A DNA stretch of 64,000 nucleotides from positions 1-64,000 of the forward strand of contig OZ024757.1 of NCBI GenBank assembly GCA_964016885.1. The letters run 5' to 3'. Position numbers and translations under genes: made by a program. The notes below the pieces were generated by a model. It was given only the letters and a program-made list of their open reading frames with translations. It did not search any database and was not told the DNA's origin. Positions 36,689 to 48,400 of the stretch are shown here, piece by piece (position 1 is the stretch's first letter; every line of letters starts with the position of its first letter). Source of the DNA: Eledone cirrhosa. Its lineage: Eukaryota.

Positions 36689-37920
36689 TTAGCTGTAGTG
36701 TTGGCGGATCTTGGGAAGCATGGAGGCCTTAACGGGTGCAGTGTCTTGACAGCTAACAACTGATGCAGGTAGTTTGTTCCATGCTTCAGCAACTCTGTGC
36801 GTGAAAAAATGTTTCCGAAAGTCATGGGAACTGTGCTGTTTTCTGACTGTGGGCATGTCCACGTGTGTTAGACACATGGAAATCAAAAAGGTATTCAGGG
36901 TTGTTGTTGGCAACATGGTTAACAATTTTGTGGGTGTTTACCAAGTCAGTTGCTAGGCGTCGGAGCTTCAATGTATCCATGCCCAGAGAAGCAAGGCGCT
37001 CAGAGTATGATAGATGCCTGATGGAGGGTATTCGCTTGGTTGCACGTCTCTGAACAGTTTCCAGGCGGTTAATCTTCTGAGCAAGATAGGGGTTCCAGAC
37101 TGGTGATGCAAATTCTAAGTGTGGCCGCACCATAGTCATGTACAGCCTTAAATAGATATCTGGAGAGCGGCTGACAAAGGTCTTGCTGAGTGATGTTAAC
37201 ACACCCTCGGCCCTCTTGACAATTTTAGAGACGTGCTTCGTCCAACGCAAATCGCTGCTGACCGTAATGCCCAGGTCACGTTCACAAGAAGACTTCTTGA
37301 TATTAGTGCTGTGGAGGGAGTATGTGGACGCTGGATTTTTACTCCCAAAATGCATGGTGGTGCACTTGTCCACAGCTAGCTTGAGTTGCCAGTCTGAGAT
37401 CCATTGTTGCATTGTGTCCAGGCCAGACTGCAAGCAAGATCTATAGTGTTCAGGATCTGTCCTTTTTATCTCAAGGTACAGCTTGATGTCATCTGCGTAC
37501 TTTAGTACCGTGGCATTCTTTAAGTTGGCATCTATGTCATTAATATATTCCACAAACAAAAAGGGGCCAAGAACAGATCCCTGTGGTACACCTGATGACA
37601 TCTCATATGATGAGGAATGCTGTCCCAGAACCGTGACTACCTCTCTTCGACTGAGAATGAAGGATTTCAACCAGATAAAAAGATCATCCTTCACACCCAT
37701 TGCAGAGAGTTTTGCCATAAGCCTTTTGTGTGGCACAGAATTGAAGGCTTTCGCAAAGTCAAGGTAAACAACATCCACCCATGAGCCGCCATCAGTGATC
37801 CAGGTGATGTCCTCAAGAAACTCTATAAGTTGGTCACAGCAGCTGGAGTTGGGGATAAATCCAAATTGCGAGGGCCGGATAAGACTGTGAGAACTCCAGA
37901 AGTTCCAAAGTGTTTCTCTG
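36689..37920 (-). mobile_element. 5'-truncated CR1/L2-group LINE with open RT domain
   Basis: SQFGF, VVYLDFAKAFNSVPH, SGVPQGSVLGP, YADD, RDLG, VRPHLEFASPVWNP, VQRRATK, TRGH; frameshifted FFTHRVAEAWNKLP. Confidence 0.92.
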
Positions 37921-37977
37921 ACACATATATGTATGTATATCGACACACACATAATAAATAAGCATGTATAGTATATA

Positions 37978-38150
37978 TCATCATTATCATCATCCTTAAA
38001 CCTCCATTTTCCATGCTAGCATGGGTCAGACGAGTTGCCCCGTTGTGTGAAAAGTTAGATCAGATGACCGTATCTTGCTTATACAAGAACGATTTTTCGC
38101 TTGGTTTCTATGGCTGTATGTCCTTCCTAACTCCAACTACATTTACAGAG
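37978..38150 (-). mobile_element. RTE/SINE-type 3' tail fragment
   Basis: Minus strand GTTGGAGTTAGGAAGGACATACAGCC..CCCATGCTAGCATGGAAAA..(GAT)n. Confidence 0.7.
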
Positions 38151-38271
38151 AGCTGGTGTTGTTGTGTATATATATATATATGTGAGTGTGTGTGTATATA
38201 TATATGTGCGTGTGTGTCTATGACCAGTGTATATAGATCACAGACACCCACATATATATATATATATATAT

Positions 38272-39478
38272 ATAACGAGGGAATTGTGGTAAGGAACCAG
38301 GTGGACCATAACACACCAGAGTACTCAATACTTAGGGTAGTAGAGTGGGTGATAGCAAAAGGTATGACCCCGACGGCAGAATGCAAGCCATTTCGACGGC
38401 TATTTCAGGACTAAATTAGAATTTTTAGCCTGGTAAATAAATAGCCGAACTTATCAAGGGGAATTTCCTTATATGAGAAGATTGTAATTGTCAAGAGGAA
38501 TGGTCAAATTTTGTTGTAAAGACAAATAGATGTCATGGCATTTGGTGGGAGGTAGGGGTGGCTGAACTTGCCGGTAGAACAAAGAGGAGTGAGTAAAGCC
38601 AGTCAGGCGTTGAAAATGAAATCTATACAATAGATTCTAAGGATAGTGTATGAAAGAAAGTTCTGGGGAAAAGGAGGAGAGGAGTATAAAGAATAGGTAA
38701 GTCGAGGACGATGAAAAAAAAGAAAAGTATATATATATAAAAAATTATATATTGTGAAATGAGTGAAAAAAAACCCCATAAAACAAATACAGTAGAATCT
38801 AGAAACAGCTGCAATAATTAGTAAGTGTTAAGTACGTCGAAGCTATAGAAAAGTTTAATAAGTAGAGAGTATAAGATACTAAATAAGAGAAAGTAAAAAT
38901 GGGTCGTGAAAAATATAATGCGAACTTTTCAAGGGGTCTAACACAGCCGCTATCAATAGTTAGTAAAGCTATCTTACAAATACAGGTGAATAATTAGAGT
39001 GGAGAAACTAATAAATGAGAAATATAGAAATAGTAGAAATGGAGTAGTAACAAAAAAAGAAATTACTGGGCCCTAACACATCTGCTATAAAAGTTGGTAA
39101 AGCGTAATCAGCCAATTCTATCTTAAAATTACAGGGGTGGGGGTACTGAGGCTACGGAGGACCAAAGGTTGCATCGGGGTAGGCGAAAGGGGAAAGACAA
39201 ACGAGGAAGAAGATCGGGGGTGGAAGGAAGTGATAGAAAGAGACGGGGGGAAGAAGGACACATAGAGGAAAAGAAAAGAGGTACTTCTACCTATGTAAGC
39301 AGGGGTTTCCCCTAACTTATTCGGCAAGTGGGGTGGGGGGTATCAGCCCTTGTCTACGCATCCGGGTCGTTATGGGGTATTAGGTAGAGGTAGGTCCTAC
39401 GCAATCTATGTCTGCATGCGGTAGAAATACCTCTTTTCTTTTCCTCTATGTGTCCTTCTTCCCCCCGTCTCTTTCTAT
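38272..39478 (-). mobile_element. Diverged relative of the 4500-8090 PLE: last codons, 3' UTR and short inverted 5' segment
   Basis: Minus strand TACRHRLRRTY at ~39420-39390; 3' end ..CCCTCGTTA|(TA)n at 38272; 39420-39478 is the reverse complement of 39232-39291. Confidence 0.88.
38367..38462 (-). ncRNA. U3-A8 variant hammerhead ribozyme (diverged copy)
   Basis: Minus strand reads CCCC, TTGATAA, GttCGGCTATTT..CAGGCTAAA-aattctaa-TTTAGtCCTG-AAATAGCCGtC, GAAA, TGGC-ttgcattct-GCCG, TC, GGGG. Confidence 0.78.
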
Positions 39479-42400
39479 TGGGGTAAAGACAGTAGGTACT
39501 AGGGTGAGATAGTGAAATTGGGGTGAAGACAGTAGCTACTAGGGTGAGATAGTGACATTGGGGTGAAGGCAGTAGCTACAAGGGTGAGATAGTGACATTG
39601 GGGTAAAGACAGTAGCTACTAGGGTGAGATAGTGAAATTAGGGTGAAGACAGTAGCTACTGGGTGAGATAGTGACATTGGGGTAAAGACAGTAGCTACTA
39701 GGGTGAGATAGTGAAATTGGGGTGAAGACAGTAGCTACTAGGGTGAGATAGTGACATTGGGGTGAAGACAGTAGCTACTACGGTGAGATATTGACATTGG
39801 GGTGAAGGCAGTAGCTACTACGGTGAGATATTGACATTAGGGTGAAGACAGTAGCTACTAGGGTGAGATAGTGACATTGGGGTAAAGACAGTAGCTACTA
39901 GGGTGAGATAGTGACATTGGGGTGAAGACAGTAGCTACTACGGTGAGATATTGAGATTGGGGTGAAGATAGTAGCTACTACGGTGAGATAGTGACATAGG
40001 GGTGAAGGCAGTAGCTACTACGGTGAGATAGAGAAATTGGGGTGAAGACAATAGCTACTAGGGTGAGATAGTGACATTGGGGTGAAGACATTAGCTACTA
40101 GGGTGAGATAGTGAAATTGGGGTGAAGACAGTAGCTACTAGGGTGAGATAGTGACATTAGGGTGAAGACAGTAGCTACTACGGTGAGATAGTGACATTGG
40201 GGTGAAGACAGTAGCTACTAGGGTGTGATAGTGACATTGGGGTGAAGGCAGTAGCTACTAGGGTGAGATAGTGACATTGGGGTGAAGACAGTAACTACTA
40301 CGGTGAGATATTGACATTGGGGTGAAGGCAGTAGCTACTACGGTGAGATAGTGACATTGGGGTGAAGGCAGTAGCTACTAGGATGAGATAGTGACATTGG
40401 GGTGAAGGCAGTAGCTACTAGGGTGAGATAGTGACATTGGGGTGAAAACAATAGCTATTAAGGTGAGATAGTGACATTGGGGTGAAGACAGTAGCTACTA
40501 GGGTGAGATAGTGACATTAGGGTGAAGACAGTAGCTACTAGGGTGAGATAGTGACATTAGGGTGAAGACAGTAGCTACTACGGTGAGATATTGACATTGG
40601 GGTGAAGACAGTAGCTACTAGGATGAGATAGTGACATTGGGGTAAAGAGAGTAACTACTAGGGTGAGATAGGGACATTGGGGTGAAGACAGTAGCTACTA
40701 GGGTGAGATAGTGACATTGGGGTGAAGACAGTAGCTACTGGGGTGAGATAGTGACATTGGGGTGAAGACAGTAGCTACTAGGGTGAGATAGTGAAATTGG
40801 GGTGAAGGCAGTAGCTACAAGGGTGAGATAGTGAAATTGGGGTGAAGACAGTAGCTACTAAGGTGAGATAGTGACATTGGGGGTGAAGACAGTAGCTACT
40901 AGATTGAGATAGTGACATTGGGGTGAAAACAGTAGCTACTAGGGGTCAATAATGACGTTGGGGTAAAGACCGTAGCTACTAGGGTGAGATAGTGACATTG
41001 GGGTGAAGACAGTAGCTACTAGGGTGAGATAGTGACATTAGGGTGAAGACAGTAGCTACTAGGGTGAGATAGTGACATTGGAGTAAAGACAGTAGATACT
41101 ACGGTGAGATAGTGACATTGGGGTGAAGACAGTACCTACTAGGGTGAGGTAGTGACATTAGGGCGAAGACAGTGGCTACTAGGGTGAGATAGTAACATTG
41201 GGGTGAAGACAGTAGCTACTAGGGTGAGATAGTGATATTGGGGTACAGACAGCAGCTACTAGGGGGAGTTAGTGACATTGGGATGAAGACAGTAGCGACT
41301 AGGGTGAGATAGTGACATTGGGGTGAAGACAGGAGCTACTAGGGTGAGATAGTGACATTAGGGTGGAGACAATAGCTACTAGGGTGAGATAGTGACATGG
41401 GGTGAAGACAGTAGCTACTAGAGTGAGATAGTGACATTGGGGTGAAGACAGTAGATACTAGGGTGAGATAGTGACATTAGGGTAAAGACAGTAGTTACAA
41501 GGGTGAGATAGTGACATTGGGGTAAACACAGTAGCTACTAGGGTGAAGGCAGTAGCTACTAGATTGAGATAGTGACATTGGGGTGAAGACAGAAGCTACT
41601 AGGGTGAAATAGTGACATTAGGGTAAAGACAGTAGCTACTAGGGTGAGATAGTGACATTGGGGTGAAGACAGTACTACTAGGGTGAGATATTGACATTAG
41701 GGTGAAGACAGCAGCTACTAGGGTGAGATAGTGACATTAGGGTGAAGTCACTAGCTACTAGGGTGAGATAGTGACATTGGGGTAAAGACAGTAGCTAATA
41801 GGGTGAGATAGTGACATTGGGGTGAAGACAGTAGATACTAGGGTGAGATAGTGACATTAGGGTGAAGACACTAGCTACTAGGGTTCAATAGTGACATTGG
41901 GGTAAAGACAGTAGCTACTAGTGTGAGATAGTGACATTGGGGTGAAGACAGTAGCTACTAGGGTGAAACAGTGACATTGGGGTGAAGACAGGAGCTACTA
42001 GGGTGAGATAGAGACATTAGAGTGGAGACAATAGTTACTAGGGTGAGATAGTGACATTGGGGTGAAGACAGAAGCTACTAAGGTGACATAGTGACATTAC
42101 GGTGAAGACAGTAGCAACTAGGGTGAGATAGTGACATTGGGGAGGCGACAGTAGCTACTAGAGTGAAATAGTGACATTAGGGTGGAGACAGTAGCTACTA
42201 GGGTGAGATAGTGACATTGGGGTACAGACAGTAGCTACTAGGGTGAAGACAGCAGCTACTAGGGTGACATAGTGACATTGGGATGGAGACAGTAGTTACT
42301 AGGGTGGGATAGTGAAATTAGAGTGAAGACAGTAGCTACTAGGGTTAAGACAGTAGCTACTAGGATGAGGTAGTGACATTGGAGTAAAGACAGTAGCTAC

Positions 42401-45400
42401 TAGGGTGAGATAGTGATATTGGGGTGAAGATAGTACCTACGAGGGTGAGGTAGTGACATTAGGGCGAAGACAGTAGCTACTAGGGTGAGATAGTGACGTT
42501 GGGGTGAAGAGAGTAGCTACTAGGGTGAGATAGTAACATTGGGGTGAAGACAGTAGCTACTAGGGTGAGATAGTGATATTGCGGTGAAGACAGTAGCAAC
42601 TAGGGTGAGATAGTGAGATTGGGGTGAAGACAGTAGCTACTAGGGTGAAATAGTGACATTGGCGTGAAGACAGGAGCTACTAGGGTGAGATAGTGACATT
42701 AGGGTGGGGACAATAGTTACTAGGGTGAGATAGGGACATTGGGGTGAAGACAAAAGCTACTAAGGTGACATAGTGACATTACGGTGAAGACAGTAGCTAC
42801 TAGGGTGAGATAGTGATATTAGGGTGGAGACAATAGCTACTAGGGTGAGATAGTGACATTGGGTTGAACACAGTAGATACTAGGGTGGGATAGTAACATT
42901 AGGGTGAAGAAAGTAGCCACTAGGGTGAGATAGTGACATTGGGGTGAAGACAGTAGCTACTAGCGTGAGATAGTGACATTGAGGTGAAGACAGTAGCTAC
43001 TAGGGTTCAATAGTGACATGGGGGTGAAGACACTAGCTACTAGGGTGAGATAGTGTCATTAGGGTGAAGACAGTAGCTACTAGGGTGGGGTAGTGACATT
43101 GGAGTAAAGACAGTAGCTACTAGGGTGAGATAGTGATATTAGGGTGAAGACAGTAGCTACTAGGGTGAGGTTGTGACATTAGGGCGAAGACAGTAGCTAC
43201 TAGGTTGAGATAGTGACATTGGGGTGAAGAGAGTAGCTACTAGGGTGAGATAGTGACATTGGGGTGAAGACAGGAGCTACTAGGGTGAGATAGTGACATT
43301 AGGGTGGAGACAATAGCTACTAGGGTGAGATAGTGACATGGAGTGAAGACAGTAGCTACTAGAGTGAGATAGTGACATTGGGGTGAAGACAGTAGATACT
43401 AGGGTGAGATAGTGACATTATGGTGAAGACACTAGCTACTAGGGTCAGATAGTGACATTGGGGTAAAGACAGTAGCTAATAGGGTGAGATAGTGACATTG
43501 GGGTAAACACAGTAGCTACTAGGGTGAGATAGTGACATTGGGGTAAACACAGTAGCTAATAGGGTGAGATAGTGACATTGGGGTGAAGACAGGAGCTACT
43601 AGGGTGAGATAGTAACATTAGGGTGGAGACAATAGCTACTAGGGTGAGATAGTGACAAGGGGTGAAGACAGTAGATACTAGAGTGAGATAGTGACGTTGG
43701 GGTGAAGACAGTAGATACTAGGGTGAGATAGTGACATTAGGGTGAATACACTAGCTACTAGGGTGAGATAGTGAAATTGGGGTGAAGACAGTAGCTACTA
43801 GGGTTCAATAGTGACATTGGGGTAAAGACAGTAGCTACTAGGGTGAGATAGTGACATTAGGGTGAAGACAGTAGCTACTAGGGTGAGACAGTGACATTGG
43901 GGTAAAGACAGTAGCTAATAGGGTGAAATAGTGGCATTAGGGTGGAGACAGTAGCTACTAGGGTGAGATAGTGATATTGGAGAGGCGACAGTAGATACTA
44001 GGGTGAGATAGTGACATTAGGGTGAAGACAGTAGCTACTAGGGTGAGATAGTGACATTAGGGTACAGACAGTAGCTACTAGGGTGAAGACAGCAGCTACT
44101 AGTGTGACATAGTGACATTGGGGTGGAGACAGTAGCTACTAGGGTGGGATAGTGAAATTAGAGTGAAGACAGTAGCTACTAGGGTTAAGACAGTAGCTAC
44201 TAGGATGAGGTAGTGACATTGGAGTAAAGACTGTAGCTACTAGGGTGAGATAGTGATATTGGGGTGAAGACAGTAGCTACTAGGGTGAAATAGTGACATT
44301 GGGGTGAAGACAGTAGCTACTAGAGTGAGATAGTGACATTGGGGTGAAGACAGGAGCTACTAGGGTGAGATAGTGACATTAGGGTGGAGACAATAGTTAC
44401 TAGGGTGAGATAGAGACATTGGGGTGAAGACAGAAGCTACTAAGGTGACATAGTGACATTACGGTGAAGACAGTAGCAACTAGGGTGAGATAGTGACATT
44501 GGGGAGGCGACAGTAGCTACTAGAGTGAAATAGTGACATTAGGGTGGAGACAGTAGCTACTAGGGTGAGATAGTGACATTGGAGAGGCGACAGTAGATAC
44601 TAGGGTGAAGGAGTGACATTGGGGTACAGACAGTAGCTACTAGGGTGAAGACAGCAACTACTAGGATGACATAGTGACATTGGGGTGGAGACAGTAGCTA
44701 CTAGGGTGAGATAGTGATATTGGGGTGAAGATAGTACCTACTAGGGTGAGGTAGTGGCATTAGGGCGAAGACAGTAGCTACTAGGGTAAGATAGTGACAT
44801 TGGGGTGAAGAGAGTAGCTACTAGGGTGAGATAGTAACATTGGGGTGAAGACAGTAGCTACTAGGGTGAGATAGTGACATTGGGGTACAGACAGTAGCTA
44901 CTAGGGTGAGATAGTGTCATTGGGGTAAAGACAGTAGCTAATAGGGTGAGATGGTGACATTGGGGGGAAGACAGTAGCTACTAGGGTGAGATAGTGATAT
45001 TGGAGTGAAGACTGTAGCTACTAGGGTGAGATAGTGACATTGGGGTGAAGACAGTAGCTACTAGGGTGAAATATTGACATTGGGGTGAAGACAGTAGCTA
45101 CTAGAGTGAGATAGTGACATTGGGGTGAAGACAGGAGCTACTAGGGTGAGATAGTGACATTAGGGTGGGGACAATAGTTACTAGGGTGAGATAGGGACAT
45201 TGGGGTGAAGACAAAAGCTACTAAGGTGACATAGTCACATTACGGTGAAGACAGTAGCTACTAGGGTGAGATAGTGATATTAGGGTGGAAACAATAGCTA
45301 CTAGGGTGAGATAGTGACATTGGGTTGAAGACAGTAGATACTAGGGTGAGATAGTAACATTAGGGTGAAGAAAGTAGCTACAAGGGTGAGATAGTGACAT

Positions 45401-48400
45401 TGGGGTGAAGACAGTAGCTACTAGAGTGAGATAGTGACATTAGGGTGAAGACAGTAGCTACTAGGGTGAGATAGTGACATTGGGGTAAAGACAGTAGCTA
45501 CTAGCGTCAGATAGTGACATTGGGGTGAAGACAGTAGCTACTAGGGTTCAATAGTGACATGGGGGTGAAGACACTAGCTACTAGGGTGAGATAGTTTCAT
45601 TAGGGTGAAGACAGTAGCTACTAGGGTGAGGTAGTGACATTGGAGTAAAGTCAGTAGCTACGAGGGTGACATAGTGATATTGGGGTGAAGACAGTACCTA
45701 CTAGGGTGAGGTAGTGACAATAGGGCGAAGACGGTAGCTACTAGGGTGAGATAGTGACATTGGGGTGAAGAGAGTAGCTACTAGGGTGAGATAGTAACAT
45801 CGGGTTAAAGACAGTAGCTACTAGCGTGAGATAGTGACATTGGGGTGAAGACAGTAGCTACTAGGGTGAGATAGTGATATTGGGGTGAAGAGTGTAGCTA
45901 CTAGGGTGAGATAGTGACATTAGGGTGGGGACAATAGTTACTAGGATGAGATAGGGACATTGGGGTGAAGAGAGTAGCTACTAGGGTGAGATAGTGACAT
46001 TGGGGTGAAGACAGGAGCTACTAGGGTGAGATAGTGACATGGGGGTGAAGACAGTAGCGACTCGGGTGAGATAGTGTCATTAGGGTGAAGACAGTAGCTA
46101 CTAGGGTGGGGTAGTGACATTGGAGTAAAGACAGTAGCTACTAGGGTGAGATAGTGATATTAGGGTGAAGACAGTAGCTACTAGGGTGAGGTTGTGACAT
46201 TAGGGCGAAGACAGTAGCTACTAGGTTGAGATAGTGACATTGGGGTGAAGAGAGTAGCTACTAGGGTGAGATAGTGACATTGGGGTGAAGACAGGAGCTA
46301 CTAGGGTGAGATAGTGACATTAGGGTGGAGACAATAGCTACTAGGGTGAGATAGTGACATGGAGTGAAGACAGTAGCTACTAGAGTGAGATAGTGACATT
46401 GGGGTGAAGACAGTAGATACTAGGGTGAGATAGTGACATTATGGTGAAGACACTAGCTACTAGGGTCAGATAGTGACATTGGGGTAAAGACAGTAGCTAA
46501 TAGGGTGAGATAGTGACATTGGGGTAAACACAGTAGCTACTAGGGTGAGATAGTGACATTGGGGTAAACACAGTAGCTAATAGGGTGAGATAGTGACATT
46601 GGGGTGAAGACAGGAGCTACTAGGGTGAGATAGTAACATTAGGGTGGAGACAATAGCTACTAGGGTGAGATAGTGACAAGGGGTGAAGACAGTAGCTACT
46701 AGAGTGAGATAGTGACGTTGGGGTGAAGACAGTAGATACTAGGGTGAGATAGTGACATTAGGGTGAATACACTAGCTACTAGGGTGAGATAGTGAAATTG
46801 GGGTGAAGACAGTAGCTACTAGGGTTCAATAGTGACATTGGGGTAAAGACAGTAGCTACTAGGGTGAGATAGTGACATTAGGGTGAAGACAGTAGCTACT
46901 AGGGTGAGACAGTGACATTGGGGTAAAGACAGTAGCTAATAGGGTGAAATAGTGGCATTAGGGTGGAGACAGTAGCTACTAGGGTGAGATAGTGATATTG
47001 GAGAGGCGACAGTAGATACTAGGGTGAGATAGTGACATTAGGGTGAAGACAGTAGCTACTAGGGTGAGATAGTGACATTAGGGTACAGACAGTAGCTTCT
47101 AGGGTGAAGACAGCAGCTACTAGTGTGACATAGTGACATTGGGGTGGAGACAGTAGCTACTAGGGTGGGATAGTGAAATTAGAGTGAAGACAGTAGCTAC
47201 TAGGGTTAAGACAGTAGCTACTAGGATGAGGTAGTGACATTGGAGTAAAGACTGTAGCTACTAGGGTGAGATAGTGATATTGGGGTGAAGACAGTAGCTA
47301 CTAGGGTGAAATAGTGACATTGGGGTGAAGACAGTAGCTACTAGAGTGAGATAGTGACATTGGGGTGAAGACAGGAGCTACTAGGGTGAGATAGTGACAT
47401 TAGGGTGGAGACAATAGTTACTAGGGTGAGATAGAGACATTGGGTGAAGACAGAAGCTACTAAGGTGACATAGTGACATTACGGTGAAGACAGTAGCAAC
47501 TAGGGTGAGATAGTGACATTGGGGAGGCGACAGTAGCTACTAGAGTGAAATAGTGCCATTAGGGTGGAGACAGTAGCTACTAGGGTGAGATAGTGACATT
47601 GGAGAGGCGACAGTAGATACTAGGGTGAAGGAGTGACATTGGGGTACAGACAGTAGCTACTAGGGTGAAGACAGCAACTACTAGGATGACATAGTGACAT
47701 TGGGGTGGAGACAGTAGCTACTAGGGTGAGATAGTGATATTGGGGTGAAGATAGTACCTACTAGGGTGAGGTAGTGACATTAGGGCGAAGACAGTAGCTA
47801 CTAGGGTAAGATAGTGACATTGGGGTGAAGAGAGTAGCTACTAGGGTGAGATAGTAACATTGGGGTGAAGACAGTAGCTACTAGGGTGAGATAGTGACAT
47901 TGGGGTACAGACAGTAGCTACTAGGGTGAGATAGTGTCATTGGGGTAAAGACAGTAGCTAATAGGGTGAGATGATGACATTGGGGGGAAGACAGTAGCTA
48001 CTAGGGTGAGATAGTGATATTGGAGTGAAGACTGTAGCAACTAGGGTGAGATAGTGACATTGGGGTGAAGACAGTAGCTACTAGGGTGAAATATTGACAT
48101 TGGGGTGAAGACAGTAGCTACTAGAGTGAGATAGTGACATTGGGGTGAAGACAGGAGCTACTAGGGTGAGATAGTGACATTAGGGTGGGGACAATAGTTA
48201 CTAGGGTGAGATAGGGACATTGGGGTGAAGACAAAAGCTACTAAGGTGACATAGTCACATTACGGTGAAGACAGTAGCTACTAGGGTGAGATAGTGATAT
48301 TAGGGTGGAAACAATAGCTACTAGGGTGAGATAGTGACATTGGGTTGAAGACAGTAGATACTAGGGTGAGATAGTAACATTAGGGTGAAGAAAGTAGCTA

